Shown here: positions 10,871 through 21,644 of the stretch, piece by piece
How positions within the stretch are numbered: the stretch's first letter is position 1
Layout: each line of letters opens with the position of its first letter
Assembly: GCA_002696275.1 (NCBI GenBank)
Contig: NZRO01000046.1
Coordinates: 8,578-53,667, forward strand
Reading direction: 5' to 3'
DNA from: Flavobacteriales bacterium
GTDB taxonomy: Bacteria; Bacteroidota; Bacteroidia; Flavobacteriales; BACL11
Length of the DNA stretch: 45,090 nucleotides
The notes under the pieces: generated by a model
Told to the model about the DNA's origin: nothing
The model's input: the letters and a program-made list of their open reading frames with translations, nothing else
Database searches by the model: none
Made by a program: the position numbers and the translations under genes

Positions 10871-13800
10871 CGTATTAAAGTAATATTACCTTTTTCAAAT
10901 AAATATTTTTCTCCAATACATTTGACTTCTAAATAATAATCTAAAACTTGAGGAGATAGAAGCTCCCCATTAAAATATCCATCCCAACTATTGTTTATGT
11001 CTTCAGATGAGTATATTTTTTGCCCAAACCGGTTAAAAATCTCAATTTTAAACTCTGTAATTATTCCATCCTCATCTATAATTTTATAATTATCATTTAT
11101 CAAATCCTCATTAGGACTAAATGCGGTAGGAATTAATATTTTTCTCCTATCACAAAAAACATCTTTTACTTTTATATAAATAGAATCTTCAACTTCACAA
11201 TAATTATTGTAAACAATAATATTATATTGTGTAGAGCTATCTGGAGAAACACTTATAGTATTCAAATTTTCATTAGTGTTCCAAAGTATATTTGCATTGG
11301 TTTCAACATATAACTGTGTAGTTTCTCCTTTATAAATAATAGTATCATGAGCCCAAACAGAGTCTAAAACAGGATAATTAGACACATTTACTAAAATTGA
11401 ATCTAAAATATAACAACCTAAAATATTAGTTGCTTTTACACCATAGTAACTAGTATATGTAGGATATGAAATGAAACTTGAAGAATCGGAGCTAAAAACC
11501 ATATTAAAATCCGAATTCCATTCGTAAGATATTATAGGGTCTAATGAATTTAAGTTATCTACTTTTATAAATACAGAATCATCTTTACAAATTTCAGTAA
11601 TACCACTTATCTCTATCGAAAAATTGTCATTAACTACATTAATACTATCTAAGTCAAAACAATTATCATTATTAACAAAAATGTAAAAGGTCCCCGGAAT
11701 ATTAGTTAAAAAAGTATCAGTAATACTAATGATATTTGAGAAATTAATATTATCAGACCATAATATAGAATTAATACTTCCGCTTGTGTTTGCGGAAAGT
11801 AAAATAGGGTCTTTACAAAAAGTTGTATCTTCACTAGTATTTATATCAATACTATCTACAATAACCAATTGATACAGGGTATCAGAGCAATTTCCATCAG
11901 TCACTATAAGTTCGTATTGTTGAGAATTACTAATATTAACAATAGGGTTTGGTATTGATGTATTATTTAAACCAATGTTAGGCTGCCAAATATAATTAAT
12001 AGAAGGGTTATTTATTGGAAGTATCCCTATTTGAGCTGACTGATTTTTACATATTTCAACATTTTGTAAAGGATAGGAAGAATTAGAAAGAATATATATT
12101 TCTTTGCTAATGGTGTCAGAAAGATTACATGCGTCTAACGAAGAAGTAATAAGAGTTACTAAGTAAATGCCAGGGTTGAAATATTGATGAGTTGGATTTT
12201 CTAATGTGGAGTTGTTTCCATCTCCAAAATCCCAATAAAATGTTGTGTTTGTTGGGATTGTACTTGTATTTGTAAAGTTAATATTGTTATTACACCCAAT
12301 CCAAGGAGCGTTAAAATCTGCTAAAACAATTGGGAAATTAAAATCAAATTTAAATACTCCATTATTACAATTATTTGAATTGTTAGTTGTAGATACAGCT
12401 CCAGGATTTGGTTCTATTGGAAAATCATTATTCCCTCCACATCCAGCACATACTGATTGGTAAATGATTCCTTTTTTGTCAAATCTACTTGTTCCTCCAT
12501 CTACATGTTCTGCGCTTTGACTTCCTCCAAAATAAGTCCCATATACAAGATTATCAAGATTGTCATCTATGACCATAATATAGAAATCATTTCCATCTGT
12601 TGTGTTTTGGTAGGCGTTAGATGAAATTGGCATATTTAAGGTAGAAAGAGAACCGTTACCGGTGGAGCTACCCCACCCAGAAATGTAAATATTATTACAA
12701 ACATCCACTAAAAATGCTGTAGGAGATATATCTGGAGTGCCTTTCCCAGTTCCAAAAACTGTTGATCGTAATAATTCTTCTAAATTATTAGAAAAAACAC
12801 CTATAAACTGACTGGCATCCAAAGTAAAATAATTAGCATTATGAACTAAGCTATCCGATAGAGCTTGGGTTTGCCCAAAAATATATACCTCTTCTTCAGA
12901 GTTTAATTCTACAAAATAAGACTGATCATAGAACTCAGATCCAAAATAAGTTGAGTTTATAATCGAGTTTCCATCAGTCGAAATATGAGTAATAAAAGCA
13001 TCTGCTTCAATTGTATCCTGATAATTACTTTGATAAGCATTTGTTGAAGTTAGAAAATTATTAGAGTTTGTTCCTCCAGTAACAAAAACATTATCAAAAT
13101 TATCTAAAGCTAAAGAATATATTGCATCATCTTTGTCCCCTCCAAGATAAGAACTCCAAATAATAGTGCTTAACTGATTATCTAATTTTAAAATACACCC
13201 TTCCTGAGATCCATTATTACTTTGTTGAAAGGAAGTTGTTGTAGGAAAATCAATAGAATAGGTACAAGTAGCTAGATATATATTATTATTTTTATCAATG
13301 TCAATCTCACCCCTCACTTCATCTGCATAATTTCTTTTCAATTTCTGAGAGGTATTTAACCCATCATTTCCAGTTCCCCCAATGTAAGTAGAAGCTAATA
13401 AACCTCCTCCGTTTGAGCTTAATTTACTAACAATAATATCACTTCCATTAGGAAAGGTAACTCCAAGTCCACTAGGAGAAAACCCATCACCACCATTAAA
13501 AGAATTGTCAAAACACCCTACAGTTGTAGGGTAATCGTCAGATCCTGTTGTGCCAAAAATAAATAATTCATTTAAATTATTTACAATCATACTATGAGGC
13601 AATTCATCCATACTGCCGCCTAAGTATGTGGAGTAAATTCTGTAAGTTCCGGAAGAATCATATTTAGTTATTCCGATATCCGTCCCGCCAGAGCTATTAG
13701 AATAGTTTATCTGATAAGCTCCAATCGTTGTAGGATATCCTAGACCAAAAACAGTGCTCCCAGAGTATAAATAACCGTCATTGTCATAGGTTGCTGTATA

Positions 13801-14556
13801 CCCAAAATTATCAGCCGTGGATCCAGAATATGTAGAAAAAATTAATGTAGGGTCAATAAACAATTTATGATTCTTGTTATATCCATTAGGGAATTCAAAA
13901 GTAAGAATGTTGTTTTTTAATTTGAAACGGGACTTTATTTTTATAGTATCTCCATTAATATATTGATATGAATATGGAGATAGTTCCATTATTTCATTAA
14001 TAGATGTAGATACAATTAGATTTCCATTTTTTAAATAGATCTCGTTTTGACCTTTATATTCTATTTTTATTTTTTTTTCAGAAAAGCTGGGATGAACTAT
14101 TAGGTCATATTTTAAAAAACCTTTTGATGAATAGATTTTTAAATCTATACCATTGTAGAGGTCTTTCTGATATAGTGTTTTATATGAATATACTTTTTCA
14201 GCCCAATTGTTTGTGTTGTAATAATTTTCAAAAAAATAACTACTATCTATCAAACTAGTTTCTAAATTGTCATTAGATTTTAAAAAATTTACTGAAATTG
14301 AGTGAGCGTCTATCCATTTTTCTTCTCTAATAAGATTATGTCTTTCTATTAATTGCTGACTATTATAAAAGCTATATATAAATCTTCCTTTCTCGATAAA
14401 AATACTTCCAGATGGAATTTTAGATTTTGCACAAACAGAGGAAGGAAATTGTCCTTTATTTTCAACAAAAGGATAGCTTTGTTGAGAATAGCTAAAAAAA
14501 GAAACACCCATCATTAGCCTTATAAGCCACAGAGATATTTCTCTATTATTTATCAT
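10867..14556 (-). CDS. Large T9SS type-B cargo (SBBP-like propeller repeats, PKD domain, gliding-motility-associated CTD)
   Basis: FVENKGQ N-terminal domain; IDP.LIFSTYSG; repeated STYLGG; PKD motif WDFGDG...NPTHQY; CTD IPTAFSPNED..ND, IFNRFGQ, WDG, KGNITLIR. Confidence 0.9.
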   Translation of the reverse strand: MINNREISLWLIRLMMGVSFFSYSQQSYPFVENKGQFPSSVCAKSKIPSGSIFIEKGRFIYSFYNSQQLIERHNLIREEKWIDAHSISVNFLKSNDNLETSLIDSSYFFENYYNTNNWAEKVYSYKTLYQKDLYNGIDLKIYSSKGFLKYDLIVHPSFSEKKIKIEYKGQNEIYLKNGNLIVSTSINEIMELSPYSYQYINGDTIKIKSRFKLKNNILTFEFPNGYNKNHKLFIDPTLIFSTYSGSTADNFGYTATYDNDGYLYSGSTVFGLGYPTTIGAYQINYSNSSGGTDIGITKYDSSGTYRIYSTYLGGSMDELPHSMIVNNLNELFIFGTTGSDDYPTTVGCFDNSFNGGDGFSPSGLGVTFPNGSDIIVSKLSSNGGGLLASTYIGGTGNDGLNTSQKLKRNYADEVRGEIDIDKNNNIYLATCTYSIDFPTTTSFQQSNNGSQEGCILKLDNQLSTIIWSSYLGGDKDDAIYSLALDNFDNVFVTGGTNSNNFLTSTNAYQSNYQDTIEADAFITHISTDGNSIINSTYFGSEFYDQSYFVELNSEEEVYIFGQTQALSDSLVHNANYFTLDASQFIGVFSNNLEELLRSTVFGTGKGTPDISPTAFLVDVCNNIYISGWGSSTGNGSLSTLNMPISSNAYQNTTDGNDFYIMVIDDNLDNLVYGTYFGGSQSAEHVDGGTSRFDKKGIIYQSVCAGCGGNNDFPIEPNPGAVSTTNNSNNCNNGVFKFDFNFPIVLADFNAPWIGCNNNINFTNTSTIPTNTTFYWDFGDGNNSTLENPTHQYFNPGIYLVTLITSSLDACNLSDTISKEIYILSNSSYPLQNVEICKNQSAQIGILPINNPSINYIWQPNIGLNNTSIPNPIVNISNSQQYELIVTDGNCSDTLYQLVIVDSIDINTSEDTTFCKDPILLSANTSGSINSILWSDNINFSNIISITDTFLTNIPGTFYIFVNNDNCFDLDSINVVNDNFSIEISGITEICKDDSVFIKVDNLNSLDPIISYEWNSDFNMVFSSDSSSFISYPTYTSYYGVKATNILGCYILDSILVNVSNYPVLDSVWAHDTIIYKGETTQLYVETNANILWNTNENLNTISVSPDSSTQYNIIVYNNYCEVEDSIYIKVKDVFCDRRKILIPTAFSPNEDLINDNYKIIDEDGIITEFKIEIFNRFGQKIYSSEDINNSWDGYFNGELLSPQVLDYYLEVKCIGEKYLFEKGNITLIR

Positions 14557-14560
14557 ACTG

Positions 14561-15877
14561 CTATTTTACAAAATTCTGAAGTATTTCAGAGTATTCATTT
14601 CTTACTTTATTAAATTCTTCAGTATTCTCTTCTTTTAAAGGTAGAGAGGGTGGAAGTTCTTGTTTAAAAGGATCAACGTGTTTGCCGTGAACCATAAATT
14701 CATAATGTAGATGAGGTCCTGTTGAATATCCTGTACTTCCAACATATCCAATTATATCACCCTGCTTTACGTACGAACCTTTGCTAATCCCTTTTTTAAA
14801 TTTAGATAAATGAGCATAAAGTGTTGTATACTTTTCGTTGTGTTTTACAATTACACAATTACCATACCCACCTTTTCTTGAAGCATATGTTACGGTACCA
14901 CTTGCGGTCGACATTATAGGAGTTCCTGTACGCGCAGCGTAATCTACGCCATTATGTTTTTTCCATTTTCCAGAGATTGGATGTTTTCTGTGTCCAAAAC
15001 CTGAACTAACTCTGGCGAAATCAATTGGAGATTTTAAAAACGCACTTCTTAAGTTTTTTCCATTTTCATCAAAGTAATCTGCATATTTTTCATTTTCTTT
15101 AAAACGAAATGCATTAATTGTTTTTCCTTTGTGAGTAAATGATGCCGCAAATACTTTGCCAATTCCTACATATTCGTTCTCTACATATTTTTCTTCAAAG
15201 TAAACTATGAAAGAATCTTTAGCCTGAATTTGAAAAAAATCAATTGACCACGCGTAAATATTATTTGATAATACATCTACTAAGGCTGGAGCTTTTTCTT
15301 CTCCTAATTGTTTTGAGATAGAATACCAAAGGCCCCCTCCTTGATTTATGGTTCCTTTTACAATATTTGTTTTAGTAATTACTTCTTTTTCTCCTTCTCT
15401 AACACTTATTGTGTCTCTAAAGTCAAATACAACATACTGGGTTTTTGATTTTTGATATACAAAACACTGAGCCATAGAATTAGAATCTTTAGAGCAAATA
15501 ACAGTGTAGGGTTTTCCGCTTTGTATGTTTCTTAAATCAAATATATTTTTAGAAGCTTGTTCTAATTTATAGATGTCCGTATTACTTATATTATATTTCC
15601 CTAAAATATGACTTATTGCTTGACCCGGATTGATAACTCCTTCAATTACATAATACTCATCGGTTTCATAACTTATTCCTTTTTTTATTTTAACACTATC
15701 TACAGGAACACCTTTTACAATTATTTCATCAATTGTTGGAGGCTCGATTTTTATGGTATCCTTAATTATAGAATTTTCAGACAACCCTTCATCAGAGGAG
15801 TTTTCGTTAGAACAAAAATAAATAAATAAAATAGAGCTTACGAAGGCTATTGAAGCAATAATAAAAATCTTTCGCAT
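14561..15877 (-). CDS. M23 peptidoglycan DD-endopeptidase (MepM/Csd3-like)
   Basis: N-terminal TM anchor; HNGVD (HxxxD), YAHLS, STGPHLHYE (HxH). Confidence 0.93.
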   Translation of the reverse strand: MRKIFIIASIAFVSSILFIYFCSNENSSDEGLSENSIIKDTIKIEPPTIDEIIVKGVPVDSVKIKKGISYETDEYYVIEGVINPGQAISHILGKYNISNTDIYKLEQASKNIFDLRNIQSGKPYTVICSKDSNSMAQCFVYQKSKTQYVVFDFRDTISVREGEKEVITKTNIVKGTINQGGGLWYSISKQLGEEKAPALVDVLSNNIYAWSIDFFQIQAKDSFIVYFEEKYVENEYVGIGKVFAASFTHKGKTINAFRFKENEKYADYFDENGKNLRSAFLKSPIDFARVSSGFGHRKHPISGKWKKHNGVDYAARTGTPIMSTASGTVTYASRKGGYGNCVIVKHNEKYTTLYAHLSKFKKGISKGSYVKQGDIIGYVGSTGYSTGPHLHYEFMVHGKHVDPFKQELPPSLPLKEENTEEFNKVRNEYSEILQNFVK

Positions 15878-15943
15878 GTATATTAGATTGGGTTAAATTC
15901 TTGTGCCAAAATACATATAAAAAAGGTCTAAATTTATTTATAT

Positions 15944-16681
15944 TTATTCAGTTATTGACAATGGAAATTTAATATTTTCTGCACTTGTAATTTTAGCGTC
16001 AATACTTCCAACCCAAATTTCTAACTCAACTTTTATTAATAGATGATTTTTGTCGTCAGATACCCAAATAGTTAAATCGTCTTCATTTTTAAATACTCTA
16101 CCCACCTGTACTTTTGGGCAGAATTTAAGACATTTTATATTGCCAATTTCTGTATTTATTGTCTCTTCTCCTAAAAATAATACTTCCATATTATATATTT
16201 CTTCATCTAGAAACATGTTAATAAATAGAGGATCCTTCTTCTTTAATTCAGATGATTTTAAGGACCTTCCAAAAAGAAAGGAAGATAACATATCATAACT
16301 ATTTACATCACATTTAAATTTTCCATTTTGTGTATTTATAATTTTTAAATCCTGATTAAAGAAATATTCTTGATTAATTAAATACCCACCTTCAATATTA
16401 TTTCTTTTAAAATATCTTGGTAATAATGTACGATTATTTACAATAGTTTCATATCTATTTCTAATTGTAAAAAATAAATCTACAAAAGAATTACTTTTTC
16501 CACTTACAATTACTTTTGTTTCTATGCTGTCTTGTGATATAGTATATTTTGCATGTCCACCTCCAAAAAGACCATATCCAATACGATAAGAGCACGATTC
16601 TCCGTCTTTAAATGGTAGTTCAGGATTTTGTGAAAATCCTAGAAAATGCACTAATGACAATAAACACAAGGTCTTTTTCAT
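15944..16681 (-). CDS. DUF3108-domain secreted protein
   Basis: PF..GE...Y.I.YG, YDMLSSF, GRVF...DDL.IWVSDD.N, VGSI; signal peptide. ATG at 16681 preferred over TTG at 16690. Confidence 0.8.
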   Translation of the reverse strand: MKKTLCLLSLVHFLGFSQNPELPFKDGESCSYRIGYGLFGGGHAKYTISQDSIETKVIVSGKSNSFVDLFFTIRNRYETIVNNRTLLPRYFKRNNIEGGYLINQEYFFNQDLKIINTQNGKFKCDVNSYDMLSSFLFGRSLKSSELKKKDPLFINMFLDEEIYNMEVLFLGEETINTEIGNIKCLKFCPKVQVGRVFKNEDDLTIWVSDDKNHLLIKVELEIWVGSIDAKITSAENIKFPLSITE

Positions 16682-16734
16682 ATTTAACAATATTACGAAT
16701 TTTCAATTTTATTTAAAAATCATTATATTATCTG

Positions 16735-16742
16735 TATCTTTG
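16735..16742 (+). promoter_or_regulatory. -7 element (TATCTTTG) for dxs
   Basis: TAnnTTTGCA; the element ends 8 nt before the ATG. Confidence 0.65.
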
Positions 16743-16750
16743 CAATTATT

Positions 16751-18673
16751 ATGAATAAGTTTAAAGCTGGACAATTATTATCTAAGATTAATTCACCCTC
16801 TGATTTAAGGAAGTTAAATAAAATAGACTTGCCTCAAGTTTCTGAGGAGTTAAGACAATTTATTATTGATGTGGTCTCCGAAAAAGGAGGGCATTTTGGA
16901 GCTAGTTTAGGGGTAGTGGAGTTAACAGTTGCTCTACATCATACTTTTAATACTCCAGAAGATCAATTAGTATGGGATGTTGGTCATCAAGCTTATGGAC
17001 ATAAGATTTTGACTGGTAGAAGAGACGTGTTTCACACAAACAGAGTTTACAAAGGAATTAGTGGTTTCCCTAAACGATCAGAGAGTGTTTACGATACTTT
17101 TGGAGTAGGACATTCTTCTACTTCAATTTCAGCTGCCTTAGGAATGTCATTAGCTTCTGAGTTGAAAAAGCACAAAAACAAACAACATATTGCAGTTATT
17201 GGAGACGGGTCTATGACTGGTGGAATTGCTTTTGAAGGTTTAAATCATGCTGGAACAGAGGATACTAATATTCTAATCATATTAAATGATAATTGTATGT
17301 CTATTGACCCCGCTGTAGGCGCATTAAAGGAGTATCTGACAGATATTGCAACCTCAAAAACATATAATAAAGCGAAAAATAAGATTTGGAAGATATTAGG
17401 AAAATTAAGTAAATTTGGACCTAACGCTCAAAAGGTAGCTCAAAAGGTAGAGGGAGCTGTTAAATCCTCTTTATTAGGAGAAAGTAATTATTTTGAGTCC
17501 TTAAATTTTAGATATTTTGGACCTATTGATGGTCATGATGTAATGCATTTATCAGATGTTCTTTCTGATTTAAAGAATATTCCAGGCCCAAAGATATTGC
17601 ATTGTATAACAGAAAAAGGAAAGGGATATAAACCAGCTGAAGAAGGTGATTCAACAAAGTGGCACGCTCCAGGATTATTTAATAAAGAAACCGGAGAAAT
17701 AATCTCTAATCCCTCTAAAAAATCTCCACCAAAATACCAGGATGTTTTTGGAGAAACTATTATTGAACTTGCTGAACAGAATGAAAATATTGTAGGAGTA
17801 ACTCCCGCAATGTTAACAGGATCTTCTTTAAATAAGATGTTAGATGTAATGCCAGAGAGGGTATTTGATGTTGGTATTGCCGAACAACATGCCGTTACTT
17901 TTTCTGCTGGCTTAGCAACACAGGGGATGACTCCATTTTGTAATATTTATTCTACATTTATGCAAAGAGCTTATGATCAAGTAATTCATGATGTAGCCAT
18001 ACAGAATTTAGATGTGATATTTTGTTTAGACAGAGCAGGTTTTGTTGGGGCAGATGGAGCAACTCACCATGGTGTTTTTGATATATCTTACTTTAGATGC
18101 ATACCAAATATGATTGTTTCTGCTCCTATGAATGAACAGGAGTTAAGAAATTTAATGTACACTGCTCAACTTCCTAATAAAGGCCCATTTTCTATTAGAT
18201 ATCCAAGAGGAAAGGGGGTAATGATAGATTGGAAAACTCCATTTGAAGAGATTGAAGTAGGGAAAGGAAGAAAAATAAAAGATGGAGAGCAAATTGCAAT
18301 TTTAACCATAGGTAACACAGGAAATTTTGTTGTAAAGGCTGATGTTGACTTTGTAAAGAAAGGTTTTGATATAGCTCATTATGACATGAGATTTGTAAAA
18401 CCATTAGACACCGCGTTATTACACGAAATATTCCAAAAGTTTGAAAAGATTATAACAGTAGAAGATAGTTGCTTACAGGGAGGGTTCGGATCTGCTATTA
18501 TAGAATTTATGACTGATAATAATTATAAATCTGATGTGTTACGATTAGGTATCCCTGATAAATTCATAAACCATGGAACACAGCAAGAATTATATTCGGA
18601 GTGTTATTTTGACGTAAAGGCAATTAAACAGTCTGTTTATAATCTGTTAGGTAGAAAAGCACAAATTATTTAA
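16751..18673 (+). CDS. dxs: 1-deoxy-D-xylulose-5-phosphate synthase
   Basis: GGHFGASLG, WDVGHQAY, GDGSMTGG TPP motif, DVGIAEQHAV, DRAGFVGADGATH. Confidence 0.99.
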   Translation: MNKFKAGQLLSKINSPSDLRKLNKIDLPQVSEELRQFIIDVVSEKGGHFGASLGVVELTVALHHTFNTPEDQLVWDVGHQAYGHKILTGRRDVFHTNRVYKGISGFPKRSESVYDTFGVGHSSTSISAALGMSLASELKKHKNKQHIAVIGDGSMTGGIAFEGLNHAGTEDTNILIILNDNCMSIDPAVGALKEYLTDIATSKTYNKAKNKIWKILGKLSKFGPNAQKVAQKVEGAVKSSLLGESNYFESLNFRYFGPIDGHDVMHLSDVLSDLKNIPGPKILHCITEKGKGYKPAEEGDSTKWHAPGLFNKETGEIISNPSKKSPPKYQDVFGETIIELAEQNENIVGVTPAMLTGSSLNKMLDVMPERVFDVGIAEQHAVTFSAGLATQGMTPFCNIYSTFMQRAYDQVIHDVAIQNLDVIFCLDRAGFVGADGATHHGVFDISYFRCIPNMIVSAPMNEQELRNLMYTAQLPNKGPFSIRYPRGKGVMIDWKTPFEEIEVGKGRKIKDGEQIAILTIGNTGNFVVKADVDFVKKGFDIAHYDMRFVKPLDTALLHEIFQKFEKIITVEDSCLQGGFGSAIIEFMTDNNYKSDVLRLGIPDKFINHGTQQELYSECYFDVKAIKQSVYNLLGRKAQII

Positions 18674-18712
18674 AGTAAAACCCCTTTATAACAGACGGTA
18701 TTTTTAATTATA

Positions 18713-20053
18713 TTATTTTAAGTTAAAATCTTCCATAAACTTTGTAGTATAATTTCCTTTTCGAAAATCTTCATTTTTCATTAGTTGTTGATGAAACGGA
18801 ATAGTTGTTTTAATTCCTTCAATAATAAATTCATCTAAAGCTCTTTCCATTTTTTGTATTGCTTCTTCTCTTGTTTGGGCAACCGTAATTAGTTTTGCAA
18901 TCATAGAGTCATAAAATGGAGGTATCATATAGTTCGCGTATACATGAGTATCAATTCTTACACCATGTCCTCCAGGGGAATGAAATGAGGTAATCATACC
19001 AGGAGATGGTCTAAAGTCGTTATACGGATCCTCAGCATTAATTCTACATTCGATAGCATGTAATTGAGGCATGTAATTCTTCCCTGAAATTTCAACTCCT
19101 GCGGCAACTTTGATTTGCTCCCTAATCAAATCATAATCAACAACTTCTTCTGTCACGGGGTGCTCTACCTGAATTCTAGTGTTCATTTCCATAAAATAGA
19201 AATTTCTATGCTTATCTACTAAAAATTCAACAGTGCCAACTCCTTCATATTTTACAGCCTCTGCTGCTTTAATCGCAGCTTCTCCCATATCTTTCCTCAA
19301 TTTATTGGTCATAAAAGGAGAAGGTGTTTCCTCTACTAATTTTTGGTGTCGTCTCTGTATAGAACAATCTCTCTCAGATAAATGAGCAGCTTTTCCTCTA
19401 TGGTCCCCAATAATTTGGATTTCAATATGTCTAGGATCTTCAATAAATTTCTCCATGTACATGCCATCATTTCCAAATGCTGCTTTAGCTTCTTGTTTTG
19501 CGCTGTCCCAAGCATCCTTTAAATCACCTTCTTCCCAAACTAACCTCATTCCTTTTCCACCACCACCCGCAGTCGCTTTTAGCATCACGGGGTAGCCAAC
19601 AGTATTTGAGGCTAATTTTTTACAATCTTCAAAATCTTTAATGATCCCATCAGATCCAGGAATAGTAGGAACACCAGCTTTTTTCATTGTTTCTTTTGCA
19701 GCAGCTTTATCTCCCATTCCATCAATCATTTCTGGAGAAGCACCTATAAATTTTATACCGTTCTCACCACAAATCTTTGAGAAGTTTGAATTTTCTGAAA
19801 GGAAACCATAGCCTGGATGTATAGCGTCTGAATTTGTTATTTCTGCAGCGGCAATAATATTTGGTATTTTTAAGTAAGATTCCGAGCTAGCGGCCGGCCC
19901 AATACAAACCGCTTCATCTGCAAATCTCACATGTAAACTTTCAGCATCCGCTTTAGAATATACAGCTACTGTCTGAATGCCCATTTCTTTACAAGTACGA
20001 ATTATTCTTAAAGCGATCTCCCCTCTATTTGCAATTAATATTTTCTTAAACAT
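18713..20053 (-). CDS. accC: Acetyl-CoA carboxylase biotin carboxylase subunit
   Basis: [38 protein letters not shown]. Confidence 0.99.
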   Translation of the reverse strand: MFKKILIANRGEIALRIIRTCKEMGIQTVAVYSKADAESLHVRFADEAVCIGPAASSESYLKIPNIIAAAEITNSDAIHPGYGFLSENSNFSKICGENGIKFIGASPEMIDGMGDKAAAKETMKKAGVPTIPGSDGIIKDFEDCKKLASNTVGYPVMLKATAGGGGKGMRLVWEEGDLKDAWDSAKQEAKAAFGNDGMYMEKFIEDPRHIEIQIIGDHRGKAAHLSERDCSIQRRHQKLVEETPSPFMTNKLRKDMGEAAIKAAEAVKYEGVGTVEFLVDKHRNFYFMEMNTRIQVEHPVTEEVVDYDLIREQIKVAAGVEISGKNYMPQLHAIECRINAEDPYNDFRPSPGMITSFHSPGGHGVRIDTHVYANYMIPPFYDSMIAKLITVAQTREEAIQKMERALDEFIIEGIKTTIPFHQQLMKNEDFRKGNYTTKFMEDFNLK

Positions 20054-20064
20054 ATCTTGTGTTT

Positions 20065-20589
20065 TTAAGAAGGATCAACTAAAAATAGTGGTTGATCAAA
20101 CTCAATAGGAGTAGCATCGTCCACTAAAACCTTTACGATAGTTCCGGAAACTTCTGATTCAATTTCATTAAAAAGCTTCATAGCTTCAATAATACAAATA
20201 GTATCCCCTTCTTTTATTGTGTCTCCAACATTTACAAATGCTGGTTTTTCAGGATCAGAACTTCTGTAAAATGTTCCAATCATTGAAGATTTAATTGTTA
20301 TGTAATTTGAATTATTTTCTTGAGAATCTGTAGTTTTTGTTGGAGATGATTCAGTTGGATTTTCTACAGTAACAACAGTAGGCGGAGCGGCAATTGGAGC
20401 GGCAACCGGAGCTACTACCTGTGGTGTCGCTGTGTGTTGTATTATAGCATTAGGAATGTCTACCTCTCCTCTTCTTTTCTTTGCAGGAGACTTAATTGAA
20501 ATTTTAACTCCTTCAAACTCTAAATCTACTTCTGTAGCTCCAGATTTAGCTACAAACTTTATAAGTTCTTGTATTTCTTCTAATTTCAT
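20065..20589 (-). CDS. accB: Acetyl-CoA carboxylase biotin carboxyl carrier protein
   Basis: [10 protein letters not shown] biotinylation motif; Ala/Pro linker. Start likely 20589 or 20601, because the ORF-track start 20634 lies inside a promoter motif. Confidence 0.97.
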   Translation of the reverse strand: MKLEEIQELIKFVAKSGATEVDLEFEGVKISIKSPAKKRRGEVDIPNAIIQHTATPQVVAPVAAPIAAPPTVVTVENPTESSPTKTTDSQENNSNYITIKSSMIGTFYRSSDPEKPAFVNVGDTIKEGDTICIIEAMKLFNEIESEVSGTIVKVLVDDATPIEFDQPLFLVDPS

Positions 20590-20631
20590 CTTTTTACTCA
20601 TTTTAATATGATTTATTAAATATTTTGTATA

Positions 20632-20639
20632 CAAAAATA
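20632..20639 (-). promoter_or_regulatory. Internal -7 element (TATTTTTG) for accB-accC
   Basis: Reverse-strand TAnnTTTG in the fabH-accB gap. Confidence 0.5.
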
Positions 20640-20642
20640 GTA

Positions 20643-21644
20643 TTATTTATTTGAATCGTATGCCCATTTCAGATATATAGATCCCCATGTAAATCCTCCT
20701 CCAAAAGCAGCAAGTATAATATTGTCTCCTTTCTTTAATTGACTTTCCCATTCCCATAAACACAATGGAATGGTTCCATTTGTTGTGTTTCCATATTTTT
20801 CAATATTTAACATTACTTTGTTGTCTCCAACACCCATTCTTCTTGCTGTTGCATCAATAATTCTTTTATTCGCTTGATGAGGAACTAACCACGCAACATC
20901 ATCCGCATCTAATTTGTTTCTTTTCATAATTTCTTCTGAAACATCTGCCATGTTCTTTACAGCCGCTTTGAATACTGGCTGTCCGTCTTGAAACACAAAA
21001 TGTTCACGATTATCAATTGTTTGATAAGATGCGGGTTTTACAGAACCACCCGCTTTCAAATGTAAAAACTCTCCTCCAGAACCATCACTTCTCAATATGG
21101 AATCCTGAACTCCATATCCTTCTTTAGAGGGCTCCATTAGTACCGCTCCCGCTCCATCTCCGAAGATAATGCAAGTGGTTCTATCAGTATAATCTACAAT
21201 AGATGACATTTTATCGGTTCCAACTACAATTATTTTTTTATAAGATCCTGTTTCAATAAATTTAGAAGCGGTTGAAACTGAATATAAAAATCCTGAACAC
21301 GCAGCCATGATATCATAAGCAAATGCATTAACAGCTCCTACCTTGTCTGCCATTAAACATGCGGTAGAAGGAAAAATCATATCAGGCGTTGCTGTAGCAC
21401 ATAAAATTAAATCAATTTCTTCTGCTTTTGTATTTGTTTTTTTGAGCAATCCTTTAATCGCTTCTGCCCCCATGTCAGATGATCCTAAACCTTCTCCCTT
21501 TAAGATTCTTCTTTCCTTTATTCCAGTTCTTGTTGTTATCCACTCATCATTTGTTTCTACTAAAGTTTCTAACTCTTTATTTGTTAAAATATATTCAGGA
21601 ACATATCCCTGAATACCAGTTATCGCAGCGGTAATTTTACTCAT
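20643..21644 (-). CDS. fabH: 3-oxoacyl-ACP synthase III
   Basis: [33 protein letters not shown]. Confidence 0.98.
   Translation of the reverse strand: MSKITAAITGIQGYVPEYILTNKELETLVETNDEWITTRTGIKERRILKGEGLGSSDMGAEAIKGLLKKTNTKAEEIDLILCATATPDMIFPSTACLMADKVGAVNAFAYDIMAACSGFLYSVSTASKFIETGSYKKIIVVGTDKMSSIVDYTDRTTCIIFGDGAGAVLMEPSKEGYGVQDSILRSDGSGGEFLHLKAGGSVKPASYQTIDNREHFVFQDGQPVFKAAVKNMADVSEEIMKRNKLDADDVAWLVPHQANKRIIDATARRMGVGDNKVMLNIEKYGNTTNGTIPLCLWEWESQLKKGDNIILAAFGGGFTWGSIYLKWAYDSNK

Noticed and set aside
18674-18712. Expected bidirectional terminator between dxs and accC
   Set aside because: No convincing stem; only weak imperfect pairing
20384-20405. GC-rich direct repeat GGAGCGGCAA x2
   Set aside because: Encodes the ordinary Ala/Pro linker of AccB
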